DNA of 64,000 nt from an uncultured delta proteobacterium (GTDB lineage Bacteria; Desulfobacterota; Desulfomonilia; Desulfomonilales; Desulfomonilaceae): contig CAWBKB010000005.1 in the NCBI GenBank assembly GCA_963789265.1, forward strand, positions 416,001 through 480,000, given 5' to 3'. This document shows, in pieces, positions 31,975-40,393 of the stretch. Each line of letters starts with the position of its first letter. Position 1 is the stretch's first letter. The notes under the pieces were generated by a model. It was not told where the DNA came from. It worked only from the letters and a program-made list of their open reading frames with translations, and did no database searches. The translations under genes were made by a program, and so were the position numbers.

Positions 31975-32349
31975 ATGAGACGTGGAAACATGTCCACATT
32001 GCTGGTCCTGTTTGTTGTTCTCTCAACCTTCGTGATTCCGCTAGGTTGCGGTTGCGAAGGGTCTCATGACCAGAATTGCTCTTCAGACACAAATTCTCAT
32101 GCGTCGTGCGGTTACATTCTTCAAATGGCACCCCATCAGTGTGGCTTGTGTCCTCAGCAGGTGATTTCACTCAATAACTCCAACGCCAAACAGGGCTTGC
32201 CCCACAAAACGTTTACTCGGGTTTCGGCTTTGCTGGTGGTGGGATCTTCGTTTAAGATTTCTTCAAGCTTGCCCATTGGGGCCTCTCATCCGGTTCTGAA
32301 ATTCGACCCCACTATTGATTCTCTCCGCACAATCGTGCTCCTGATCTGA
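31975..32349 (+). CDS. Hypothetical small membrane-anchored Cys/His-containing protein
   Basis: N-terminal TM helix, CGCEGSHDQNC...HASC...HQCGLC, hydrophobic C-terminus SLRTIVLLI. Confidence 0.55.
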   Translation: MRRGNMSTLLVLFVVLSTFVIPLGCGCEGSHDQNCSSDTNSHASCGYILQMAPHQCGLCPQQVISLNNSNAKQGLPHKTFTRVSALLVVGSSFKISSSLPIGASHPVLKFDPTIDSLRTIVLLI

Positions 32350-32512
32350 AAACCATCTTTATCCTGCGCCCATTTTGCGGTTTTCACACAGTCTCTCGAA
32401 TGCGTGATTTGACGTGATGAGATCCGCTGATTCCTCTCGAGGAATTTGGCATGGGGCCTTGATCCGCATGTCGAGGAAGCGACAATAATTCCCAAAAGAG
32501 AGGAGGGGGACG

Positions 32513-32746
32513 ATGAAAAGGATTATCGCTCTATGCGCCGCATTCGCCTTGTTGGCACCTGCTTATGCGTTCGCCAGAGGCGGCTACACCATGGGACAGT
32601 TGCAACGGCAGTGGGAGATTGAGGAAGCTCAGGAAAAGCAAGAGCTGCCCCACATCAGAGCCCTCGAAGCTGAGGGAGCGAAAGCAATAAAAGACTTTGG
32701 GGGCAAGCACCATGCAGCACCACGCAAACCAATCTATTCGAAGTGA
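32513..32746 (+). CDS. Small secreted hypothetical protein (paralog 1)
   Basis: GAGGAGG RBS, signal peptide ending AFA; similar to the next gene. Confidence 0.7.
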   Translation: MKRIIALCAAFALLAPAYAFARGGYTMGQLQRQWEIEEAQEKQELPHIRALEAEGAKAIKDFGGKHHAAPRKPIYSK

Positions 32747-32847
32747 TCCGGGACAAATCCAGAGCAGTGGCCTCGGCCTGCAAGGGCCGGCCATTGTTCA
32801 ACATAGAGGAGAAGCGACAATGGTTCCGGAAAGAGCGGAGGAAGAAG

Positions 32848-33090
32848 ATGAAAAGGATTGTGCTCCTGTGCGCCGTTTCGGCTCTGCTGACACTTTCTTG
32901 CGTCCCCACCTACGCTTGGGGCAGCAGATACGACTTGCAGCGGAAGGCGTGGACGACACAACAAGCTCAAGACATGAGAGCCCTCGAAGCTCAGGCAGCC
33001 AAGGCATTTCAGAGCAAGCACTACGACGCGAGCAAACACAAACTAATCTATTCACCATTTTCGCCCGCCGGAGATCGGCAGATGGGGTGA
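32848..33090 (+). CDS. Small secreted hypothetical protein (paralog 2)
   Basis: GGAGG RBS, MKRIVLLCA signal peptide; shares LQR, RALEA..AKA, KH and IYS with paralog 1. Confidence 0.7.
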   Translation: MKRIVLLCAVSALLTLSCVPTYAWGSRYDLQRKAWTTQQAQDMRALEAQAAKAFQSKHYDASKHKLIYSPFSPAGDRQMG

Positions 33091-33219
33091 ATTTATAGTC
33101 TGGATGAGACGGGTTCTAATTTGAGAATACTGAATCTCGACCCCCTTGCCCTGCTCGCAACAATGACTAAGTAGGGTTAGGAGAGTGTGGCGACCTTGTT
33201 AAGAAGGAGAATTTTGAAA

Positions 33220-33546
33220 ATGAAAAAACTAATCATCGCAGTCGCGGCCGCAACTGTTACACTGCAGGTGGTCCTCCCAATGATGGCGTATGCGGGTGAA
33301 TTCTATGTCATTCGAGATGAATACGGTAACATGGCAGTGACAAACGGTCTCCCTGTATACGAGTGGTCAATCCAATCGGGGCCGTACTCTAGCATTGATG
33401 CAGCGCAACGAGCCACTGGGACGGGAAAGGGTTTTCCTTGGATTGGGCCCGAAAGTCGCGTCGCACCGGATTTCGCGAATTCCCAGTTCCCTCAGGTAGT
33501 GCCACGAAGGCCAGGGCAGTCTGCTATAGTGGATCTTACACCTTGA
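33220..33546 (+). CDS. Small secreted hypothetical protein
   Basis: AAGGAG RBS, MKKLIIAV...AYA signal peptide. Confidence 0.65.
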   Translation: MKKLIIAVAAATVTLQVVLPMMAYAGEFYVIRDEYGNMAVTNGLPVYEWSIQSGPYSSIDAAQRATGTGKGFPWIGPESRVAPDFANSQFPQVVPRRPGQSAIVDLTP

Positions 33547-33580
33547 CCTTCGGATATATTTCCCTGTTCCCAAAAACGTT

Positions 33581-34924
33581 TCAAGGTGAGAAGCTAACGT
33601 ATTCTCTTATTCGCTTGCGGGTTGCTTGAAGGAAATGCGAGTCGACTCCCGGCTCGGCTGCGGACAAAAGTGAGCAGTTCTGGAATAGCGGCTCTTTATC
33701 TATTGGGTAACGGCTGGACTTCAGCGCCTCACTCCATATTCCGGTCCAGGGTAGAGGAGAGTATTCAGCGAGCTTAGGGAGGGCCCCGGCACGCAGAACC
33801 CTTTCCACGTCTTCTTCGATCATAGCCCTTGATTGACCCGGGAGGCCCACGAGAAGGTACACGCCAATCTGGTGTCTGGAGAACCCTACTTCTTTGAGAT
33901 TCGCGACAGCCCTCAGGAAGCCCCGCATGTTTGTCTTGCCTCCCGTGCGGGCATGAAACCCGTCAGATGAACTCTCCAAACCCAATCGGATCGTTTCGAA
34001 GCCTGCTCGTTTCATAGCTGATGCGACGCGGCCGTCGATGGCGGAGGCATGCAACCCGTTTGGGGTGTGCCATCGCATGCCGGGGAGTCTTGACGCGGCA
34101 TCCTCCAGGATCGGCAGTGCATGCTCGGCTGCATGCACAAGGAAAGCATCATCGTACAGCACGATGTCCCGGACACCGTACCGCATCGAGGCAATTTCCA
34201 TCTCACGAATAACGCATTCAGGATTTTGTCTCACGAATGGCGGGCTCGTTTTCTTTGAAGCGCAATATACACAGTTGAACGGGCAACCTCTGGATGTGAG
34301 CAGCGGCAGGAATCTTACGCGACGGATCAGATCCAGACATGGACTGAATTCAAGCTTTGGCTGACCCGACTCAGGATTCCCGGCTACCCCTGTATGCCTG
34401 AAAAGTATCTGCCTCAGAGCCCCCTCGCCCGGACCCACCACTATCTCATCAGCGCCACAGTGCTCACCGGCATGCTCCGGCATAAGAGAAGCATATATTC
34501 CCCCCAACAGAATGGGCGTCTCGGGAAACACGGACCGGAGCAGTTGAATGGTCTCCTGTACTCCAGGATACCAGTACGTCATGAGGCTGGTCACAAGAAT
34601 CGCCCGCGGCTCCGGTATGCTTTCCAGATCATTCCGGATCAATTCAGGATGTACCCCGTATCGGGAATATGTTCTAGGAATGCCCGCCAAAGGCTGAGGT
34701 TTGGAAATAGGGGTCCTGTGAAAACGGCCGTGCGACAGGGGTCTGACTTTTACCGGCGGCATTTCCGGATGATCCGGGTCGAGGCAGTCCACGAGCCGTG
34801 GATCCCATCCCTGTCGCCTCAAGCTTGACGCCAGGACCAAAAGTCCCAGCGGTCGTGCCCAGAGATCATAGGCGGCAAAGTCATGGATCCAGGGATTGAC
34901 CAGAAGTATCACCGGTCTTTTCAT
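33581..34924 (-). CDS. Cobalamin-binding radical SAM protein
   Basis: N-terminal B12-binding region (PLGLLVLAS, TSLMTYWY, GGIYAS), SRGCPFNCVYC, YDDAF, GLES. Confidence 0.88.
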   Translation of the reverse strand: MKRPVILLVNPWIHDFAAYDLWARPLGLLVLASSLRRQGWDPRLVDCLDPDHPEMPPVKVRPLSHGRFHRTPISKPQPLAGIPRTYSRYGVHPELIRNDLESIPEPRAILVTSLMTYWYPGVQETIQLLRSVFPETPILLGGIYASLMPEHAGEHCGADEIVVGPGEGALRQILFRHTGVAGNPESGQPKLEFSPCLDLIRRVRFLPLLTSRGCPFNCVYCASKKTSPPFVRQNPECVIREMEIASMRYGVRDIVLYDDAFLVHAAEHALPILEDAASRLPGMRWHTPNGLHASAIDGRVASAMKRAGFETIRLGLESSSDGFHARTGGKTNMRGFLRAVANLKEVGFSRHQIGVYLLVGLPGQSRAMIEEDVERVLRAGALPKLAEYSPLPWTGIWSEALKSSRYPIDKEPLFQNCSLLSAAEPGVDSHFLQATRKRIREYVSFSP

Positions 34925-35056
34925 CGTTTGTTTGCCTCGGGGCATTTCTTTTGATAGTCTTTAGCTCAAAGCCGCGGGCCTTGCGGCAATCTACACGATA
35001 TGGCACACAGGCGAAATCCCATATACCTGTACCCGATTCCAGGGAGGTAATATCTA

Positions 35057-35368
35057 GTGTTTGGTATTAAAGATCTGTTGCAGCAGGCGCAAGGATTGCA
35101 AGCCAAGATTACTGCATTGCAAGAAGAATTGGCAGAGAAGACTGTCACAGGAAGTGCAGGAGGGGACATGGTGCAGGTCACGGCAAGCGGGGCTCAGGAG
35201 ATTGTATCCATAAAGATCGAAAAAGAGCTTCTTTCGCCTGATGACCCGGAATTCCTTGAAGACCTTATCGTCGCCGCGGTCAATGACGCGCTGAAAAAAT
35301 CCAAGGAAATGATGTCCCAGGAGATGTCAAAACTCACCGGAGGCCTTCGTATCCCGGGTTTGACGTGA
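35057..35368 (+). CDS. ybaB: YbaB/EbfC nucleoid-associated protein
   Basis: GSAGGDMV, EDLIVAAVNDA, TGGLRIPG; upstream of recR. Confidence 0.92.
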   Translation: MFGIKDLLQQAQGLQAKITALQEELAEKTVTGSAGGDMVQVTASGAQEIVSIKIEKELLSPDDPEFLEDLIVAAVNDALKKSKEMMSQEMSKLTGGLRIPGLT

Positions 35369-35442
35369 CGGATAATTTAATGTCTTGTAGGAATTCGCTT
35401 TCAAACAAGTGACACCGTGTTTATAGCAGGACAGGCATCTAT

Positions 35443-35501
35443 CGTCATGCCCGCGTACGCGGGCATCCAGACTGGACCCCGGATCGGAGTCCGGGGTGAC
35501 G
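35443..35501. repeat. CGTCA...TGACG double-hairpin palindromic repeat
   Basis: CGTCATGCCCGCGTACGCGGGCATCCAG-A-CTGGACCCCGGATCGGAGTCCGGGGTGACG; related copies at 49831-49902 and 63078-63161. Confidence 0.75.
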
Positions 35502-35589
35502 AATGGCGGGGGAAATGCCCGTCGGCACTAATTCGTTTTCTTTTTCAGCCCTTGCTTTTGAGAATCGGCATAGAACGGGATCCCCCTCA

Positions 35590-36180
35590 GTGATTGGTCC
35601 GCTGGAAGCCCTTGTCAAAGCCCTGAAACGGCTCCCCGGAGTCGGGGAAAAGACTGCCACTCGGTACGCCTTTTATATACTCAATGCTAAAAAGGAAGAA
35701 ATTCGCGAGCTAATCAAGACTATCAGCGATGTGAAAGGGAAGCTGCGTCTCTGTTCACGGTGTTTTCATTTGACGGATATAGACCCGTGCCCGATTTGCT
35801 CTGACATGAGAAGAGATGTCAGCCGACTCTGTGTGGTCGAAACTTCTGTTGACCTCATGGCAATCGAAAAAGCAGGCCATTTCAGAGGGGTCTATCACGT
35901 GTTACACGGACTGCTCTCGCCGTTAGATGCGATCGGCCCTGATGACATACGTCTTTCCGAGCTTATAGAGCGGGTCCAAGAAGAAAAGGTTACGGAAGTA
36001 ATTCTTGCGCTCAATCCCACTGTTGAAGGAGAATCCACTACCTCGTACATCCGCGACCGACTGAAAGAATCGGGAGCGATTGTCTCTCGCATTGCGTACG
36101 GCATACCTGTCGGCGGTTCCCTGGAATATGCAGATCCTCTTACCCTCTCCCGTGCCCTTGATAATCGAAAGGAACTCTGA
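35590..36180 (+). CDS. recR: Recombination mediator RecR
   Basis: LPGVGEKTA, C4 zinc finger, YHVLHGLLSP, NPTVEGEST, RIAYGIPVGGSLEY. Start taken as the GTG at 35590. Confidence 0.95.
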   Translation: MIGPLEALVKALKRLPGVGEKTATRYAFYILNAKKEEIRELIKTISDVKGKLRLCSRCFHLTDIDPCPICSDMRRDVSRLCVVETSVDLMAIEKAGHFRGVYHVLHGLLSPLDAIGPDDIRLSELIERVQEEKVTEVILALNPTVEGESTTSYIRDRLKESGAIVSRIAYGIPVGGSLEYADPLTLSRALDNRKEL

Positions 36181-36461
36181 TCGACCATGAGTCTGACATT
36201 TCGGTGTCCGAGGCACGTGCTATTAGATTCTTGTTCGAAGGACTGGTACGTAACACTGTCTGCAAAATACTGCTAAGGCAACACTGGGACTGCGTGGAAG
36301 CCTTTATCTACTTGGACTCTTTGTCCTCGGACTTTGCGGTTTTGGGTCCTTTCTCAGTTGAGAACTGACAACCACACCCGCATTGCTCCTGCTCTTTTTC
36401 CTGCTTTCGGTCTTGCTCTTTCTCGCTCATCTTTATCACTTCCTCCTTCTCCGGATCGTTT

Positions 36462-36656
36462 TCACTTTTCTTTACGTTCTTTCAGCCGCTCTTCCACTGC
36501 GGCCAGTTCCTTTTTTAATTGGTCACGGTAATTTTCCAGCCACTCTTCTTCCTCTTTTGCAGTGTAGAAATGCCGGAACGAATGACCGCCGCCACCACAG
36601 CCACACGTGCATCCTCCCATCCCTGCAAATCTATGATGTGATCCTGGATGACACAT
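36462..36656 (-). CDS. Small Cys/His-rich coiled-coil protein (DUF5320-like)
   Basis: MCHPGSHH...CTCGC...EEEEWLENYRDQLKKELAAVEERLKE; GAGG RBS. Confidence 0.75.
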   Translation of the reverse strand: MCHPGSHHRFAGMGGCTCGCGGGGHSFRHFYTAKEEEEWLENYRDQLKKELAAVEERLKERKEK

Positions 36657-36865
36657 TCTTAATCACCTCTCTTCCGATTTGGGCTAGCCGAAGGTAGCCC
36701 TTGCGCGGTCGTAGTGACTGCGACTACGCAGTTGAATGGTTGCATCACAATCCCAATGCTGCCTTAGCAATATCTTGTATAAGTAACTGATGCCCTCAAG
36801 CTTCCATCGCAACCTCCATAAGCTGTATTAGTAAATGCGCATATACTGAAATACAGGTGAAAAAA

Positions 36866-37294
36866 TTATTTCTCTTTCCCCACCTTTTCCATTTGGGTCC
36901 GCACCTTTTTCAACTCGTCCTCAAGTTCCTGCTCCAACCGCCGCAGGTACGCCAGTTCTTCTTCCCTTGATTTAACTTCCTCGCCCATAGTCCGGTCCGG
37001 CATCCGACAACTCCCCTCACAACCGCAACGGCAAACGTTAGAGATAACTTCGCCGCATTGATCAAGCGCGGCCTGGTCCACCTCGTAGGGTATCCAGAAG
37101 CCTTTGCGCTGATTCCGAACAAGTCCGGCGTGTCTGAGGATCTTGAGATGCTGGGATACCGCAGACGGGGTTATGCCAAGCGTTTGTGCTATTTCATTCA
37201 CGTACAGGGGTCCCCTTTGCTTCAGGAGATCAATGATCCTGATCCGAGATTCAACACCAAGGACTTTGAACAGTTCCGCTTCCTTGCGACACAT
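36866..37294 (-). CDS. ArsR/SmtB regulator with a C-terminal Cys cluster and coiled coil
   Basis: FKVLG..SRIRII..L...SAVSQHLKILRHAGLV...RKG..IPY; tail CRCGCEGSC...EEELAYLRRLEQELEDEL. Confidence 0.88.
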   Translation of the reverse strand: MCRKEAELFKVLGVESRIRIIDLLKQRGPLYVNEIAQTLGITPSAVSQHLKILRHAGLVRNQRKGFWIPYEVDQAALDQCGEVISNVCRCGCEGSCRMPDRTMGEEVKSREEELAYLRRLEQELEDELKKVRTQMEKVGKEK

Positions 37295-37327
37295 GGAGTG
37301 TTTTTCCTTATTTTAGTATCCGCTTAA

Positions 37328-37447
37328 ATGCTACAATGACCTCCTGCTCCATGTCAAGATAATTTTCGGAAAGCCTGAAAAAAGTTTCTTGACACGCAAC
37401 CTAAGAATTGCAATAAATATATCAATGGCCATTAATGTATTGATTGC
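37328..37447. promoter_or_regulatory. Divergent sigma70-like promoters and an ArsR-type operator palindrome
   Basis: TTGACA on - (37357-37352) with TAGCAT (37333-37328); TTGACA on + (37389-37394); 38-bp imperfect palindrome 37410-37447 centred on ATCAA-TGGCCA-TTAAT. Confidence 0.65.
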
Positions 37448-37480
37448 TAAATAGCAAAAAGAAGTCCTAAAGGAGAAACG

Positions 37481-37816
37481 TTGCCCGTCAAAGAACAAGA
37501 CAAACCTCTCGATCTCGAACAAAACCTGGGCATCGCAGCCTTTGTGAGCAAGAGCCTTTCGGATGAGAACCGCCTCCGAATCCTTTTGTCGTTGCGCAAC
37601 GGCAGGAAGACCGTCTCTACCATAGTGGAGGAGATGAATCTTTCTCAACCCCTGGTTTCCCATCATCTGAAGGAGCTGAGACGGTGCCTCCTGGTGAACG
37701 TGGAGCGCAAGGGCTTGTTCGTGTACTACGAGATCGCGGACGAGAGAATCATCGAAATAGTTTGGCAACTGGCGTATCTGGCAGCGGATCTGCTCTCGCA
37801 GAGAGATACCTTCTAG
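37481..37816 (+). CDS. ArsR/SmtB family repressor heading the selenoprotein operon
   Basis: KSLSDENRLRIL...SQPLVSHHLKELRR..LV..ERKGLFVYY; AAGGAG RBS, TTG start. Confidence 0.9.
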   Translation: MPVKEQDKPLDLEQNLGIAAFVSKSLSDENRLRILLSLRNGRKTVSTIVEEMNLSQPLVSHHLKELRRCLLVNVERKGLFVYYEIADERIIEIVWQLAYLAADLLSQRDTF

Positions 37817-37834
37817 CTTTTGGAGTGGAATCAC

Positions 37835-38290
37835 ATGAATAAGGGAAGAATTCAGGACCTTGTCGAGTCAATGGATCCAATTGACGCAGCCAAGGAGATG
37901 GCTGACGCAGCGAAGAAACTCTTCTCTCTTTTAGGAGAAGAAGCACTTCGCGATTTTCTCATCAATCTGATCGGAAACGGGGGCCAGGACAAGATTACCG
38001 GCCTGGTCCACTTATGACTGGCTACATGCATGGACGAAGGTGTCGATCCAAAAGCAATGTGCCAGAGTTTAGTGGAAAAAATAAGTCAATCCGAGCAACT
38101 GCGTTCGGTGACGGACCCGCAGATTCTTATTCTGTTTGAGGACTGGCTGGAAGAACTGGAAAAGGAGGCAGTGAGTGTGATTGAGCGTGGAGGCCCCACT
38201 GCCCCCGAAGACCTGTCCAGAGAGTTGGGTTTATCACAATCCGGCTCGATGTTCCTCATTACGAAGCTCAAAAGAGACGGCAAGATATAG
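37835..38290 (+). CDS. tsoA: LULAxC-motif selenoprotein (TsoA-like), 151 aa, Sec at codon 61 (TGA 38015-38017)
   Basis: ORFs 37820-38017 and 38030-38290 are in frame across TGA: GLVHL-U-LATCMDEGVDP. SECIS-like hairpin follows. Family name recalled, not searched. Confidence 0.85.
38018..38065 (+). promoter_or_regulatory. Putative bacterial SECIS element for tsoA
   Basis: Stems CTGGC/GCCAG, ACAT/ATGT, TGGA/TCCA, CGA/TCG; apical loop AGGTG 20 nt after UGA. Confidence 0.75.
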
Positions 38291-38328
38291 GTTTTCATCG
38301 TACCCAGAGTTCCGGACTGGAGGCTGAC

Positions 38329-40089
38329 ATGGCAATCGAGGTGAACTGGAAAAGACTTTGGCTCCCGCTCTTGGCGATCACGGTAACGGTGGGAGTTCTC
38401 TGGTTCACAAACAGAGAGGTGACCCCAAGGGAACCAAAGTGGAACGACGTGGTAGTTGAAGCCAGGGAAGGCGGCTACCGGCTCATAAATACCGATGGAC
38501 TCAGGCAGCGGTACGAAGCAGATCCCCGGAGCATTTTGTTGGTGGATGCCCGTCAGGACTGGGAATTTGCAATGGGCCACATAAAAGGCGCGGTCAATTT
38601 CCCAATGGAACCTACTGCGTGGTCGAGATGGCGGAAAAGGGGCAAACTCGCGCAGGCGCTTGGTCCCGACAAGAATCGCTTCATCGTATTTTACTGAGCA
38701 GGACTTACCTGAGTCCGTAGCGACTCTGCCGCTCGTGTAGCGGTGCAACTAGGTTACAAGAATGTATATCGTGACGCAAAGGGGTTTCCAGAATGGAAGG
38801 CTGCCGGTCTTCCCATTGAAAGCATTCCTGCGGATCGGACAAGATCCGCATCTGTACCTGAAAACGCCGGGCCACTATACGGCTGGGCAATGCTCTGGAC
38901 CTTATTGGGTGTCTTCGGAGGCGGACTGGCACTCAACCTTACGCCGTGCGTTTATCCCTTAATTCCTATAACCGTCTCCTACTTTGGGGGCAGGAGCGGT
39001 CAGAGACGCGGAAAATTGGCAGTTCACGGTTTGCTGTATCTGGGTGGTCTGTCCGTGACCAACTCAGTGTTAGGGGTAGCGGCGGCTCTCACGGGAAGCC
39101 TGATGGGAGCGGCGCTTCAGAACCCCGTAGTGTTGGTGGTTGTCGCCGGTGTTCTGGTTTTCTTTGCCACAAGCCTCTTCGGATTCTGGGAGCTGCAACT
39201 TCCCCAGAATCTTGCAAGGGCAGCATCCAAGTCGTACGCAGGATACTTTGGTACGCTGTTCATGGGCCTGACTCTCGGTGTAGTTGCAGCTCCGTGTCTG
39301 GGACCTTTCGTCCTGGGGTTGCTTACTTGGGTGGCGAGTATGGGCAGCCCTTGGTTGGGTTTTCTCATCTTCTTCACGCTCAGCCTTGGGTTGGGAGTGC
39401 CGCTCTTTATCCTGGCGATGTTCTCAGGCAGCCTGGAAAAGCTCCCCGGTTCGGGTGAGTGGATGCTGTGGGTGAGAAAACTGATGGGCTGGGTGTTGAT
39501 CGGAATGGCTGCGTATTTTGTCAAACCTCTGTTACCGTCCTCGGCAGGTGTGTTTGTATTGGCGGCAGTAGCCCTAGCAGCAGGGTTGCACCTGGGGTGG
39601 ATCGACGGTACTCAAGCCGGTTTCAAAGCATTCGGCGTGCTGAGAAACGTGGTCGGTATAGCCAGTGTAGTCTTGGGGGCTTTTCTGCTCGGTTCCTGGC
39701 TAATGGTAGGACCTGGAGTCTCATGGCGACCGTATTCCGATGAAGCACTCGAGCAGGCCCTAAAGTCTAACAAGCCGGTAATCGTAGATTTTTCCGCAAC
39801 GTGGTGTACGCCATGCCGTGAACTCGAAGATATTACGTTTCGTGATCCGCAAGTGGTGAAACAGGCTAAAGACGGCTTCGTCATGGTCAAGGTTGACCTG
39901 ACCAAAAAGGGGAACCCGCTCTACGAAAAACTGGTCGCGCTATATGCGATCAAAGGGGTCCCGACGGTGGTTTTCTTCGACGGTCATGGCAGAGAACGTG
40001 CCGATCTGCGCCTGGTTGATTTCATCCCCGCTGATCAATTCTTGAGCAGAATGACTCAGGCAATGCAATCATGGAACTCGGGTTCATGA
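38329..40089 (+). CDS. tsoB: Rhodanese-DsbD(beta)-thioredoxin fusion selenoprotein (TsoB-like), 586 aa, Sec at codons 123 and 128
   Basis: In-frame read-through of TGA 38695 and TGA 38710 gives IVFY-U-AGLT-U-VRSDSAARVAVQLGYKNVY...GFPEWKAAGLP, a complete rhodanese. Then LTPCVYP, AAPCLGP and WCTPC. Family name recalled. Confidence 0.88.
38711..38757 (+). promoter_or_regulatory. Two staggered putative SECIS hairpins for tsoB
   Basis: GAGTC-CGTAGC-GACTC (38711-38726; loop 18 nt after the first UGA) and GCCGCT-CGTGT-AGCGGT (38728-38744; loop 21 nt after the second UGA) with lower stem GTAGC/GTTAC. Confidence 0.6.
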
Positions 40090-40117
40090 GAACCCGTAAA
40101 ACAAGGAGGGAGGAATC

Positions 40118-40393
40118 ATGTTGAAAGTCCGCTTTTTTATGAATGAACCCAATGGCAAGCCTTGAAGACACTTCAAGGAAATGGCGTCCAGGTTGGGCGC
40201 AGAATACCCCATCGACATTGAAGTTACGTCAAAGCCACGCGCTGAATACCGAACCGATGAATGGGCCGAGACAGAACTTCCCTGCGCTCCGGCAATCATG
40301 ATCGGCGAAGACGTTGTGGCAGAAGGGTCGGATGTTACCGAAGAGAAGGTTGTTGCCGAGATCAGAAAACAACTGAGTATGCCCCCAATTTAA
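40118..40393 (+). CDS. tsoC: NEPxGxxU-motif thioredoxin-like selenoprotein (TsoC-like), Sec at codon 16 (TGA 40163-40165)
   Basis: Strong RBS (GGAGGGAGG) before ATG 40118; MLKVRFFMNEPNGKP-U-RHFKEM is in frame with ORF 40181-40393; LPCAPAIMIG cis-Pro-like loop. Family name recalled. Confidence 0.85.
40172..40204 (+). promoter_or_regulatory. Putative SECIS element for tsoC
   Basis: GCGTCC-AGGTT-GGGCGC (40184-40200), loop 24 nt after UGA; loop begins AGGT like the tsoA hairpin. Confidence 0.65.

Noticed and set aside
32446..32464. Sigma54 promoter (TGGCAT...TTGA) upstream of the small secreted genes
   Set aside because: Spacing is off by one and the -12 GC is missing.
40087..40089. Terminal TGA of tsoB as a further Sec codon
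   Set aside because: The thioredoxin domain is already complete, the following bases are the tsoC RBS, and tsoC is in a different frame.
37835..40393. UGA read-through explained by genetic-code reassignment or nonsense pseudogenes
   Set aside because: TGA is a normal stop for ybaB, recR and the enoyl-CoA hydratase, and TGG encodes Trp throughout. All four interruptions are TGA, in redox-type motifs with downstream hairpins, which random nonsense decay is unlikely to produce.
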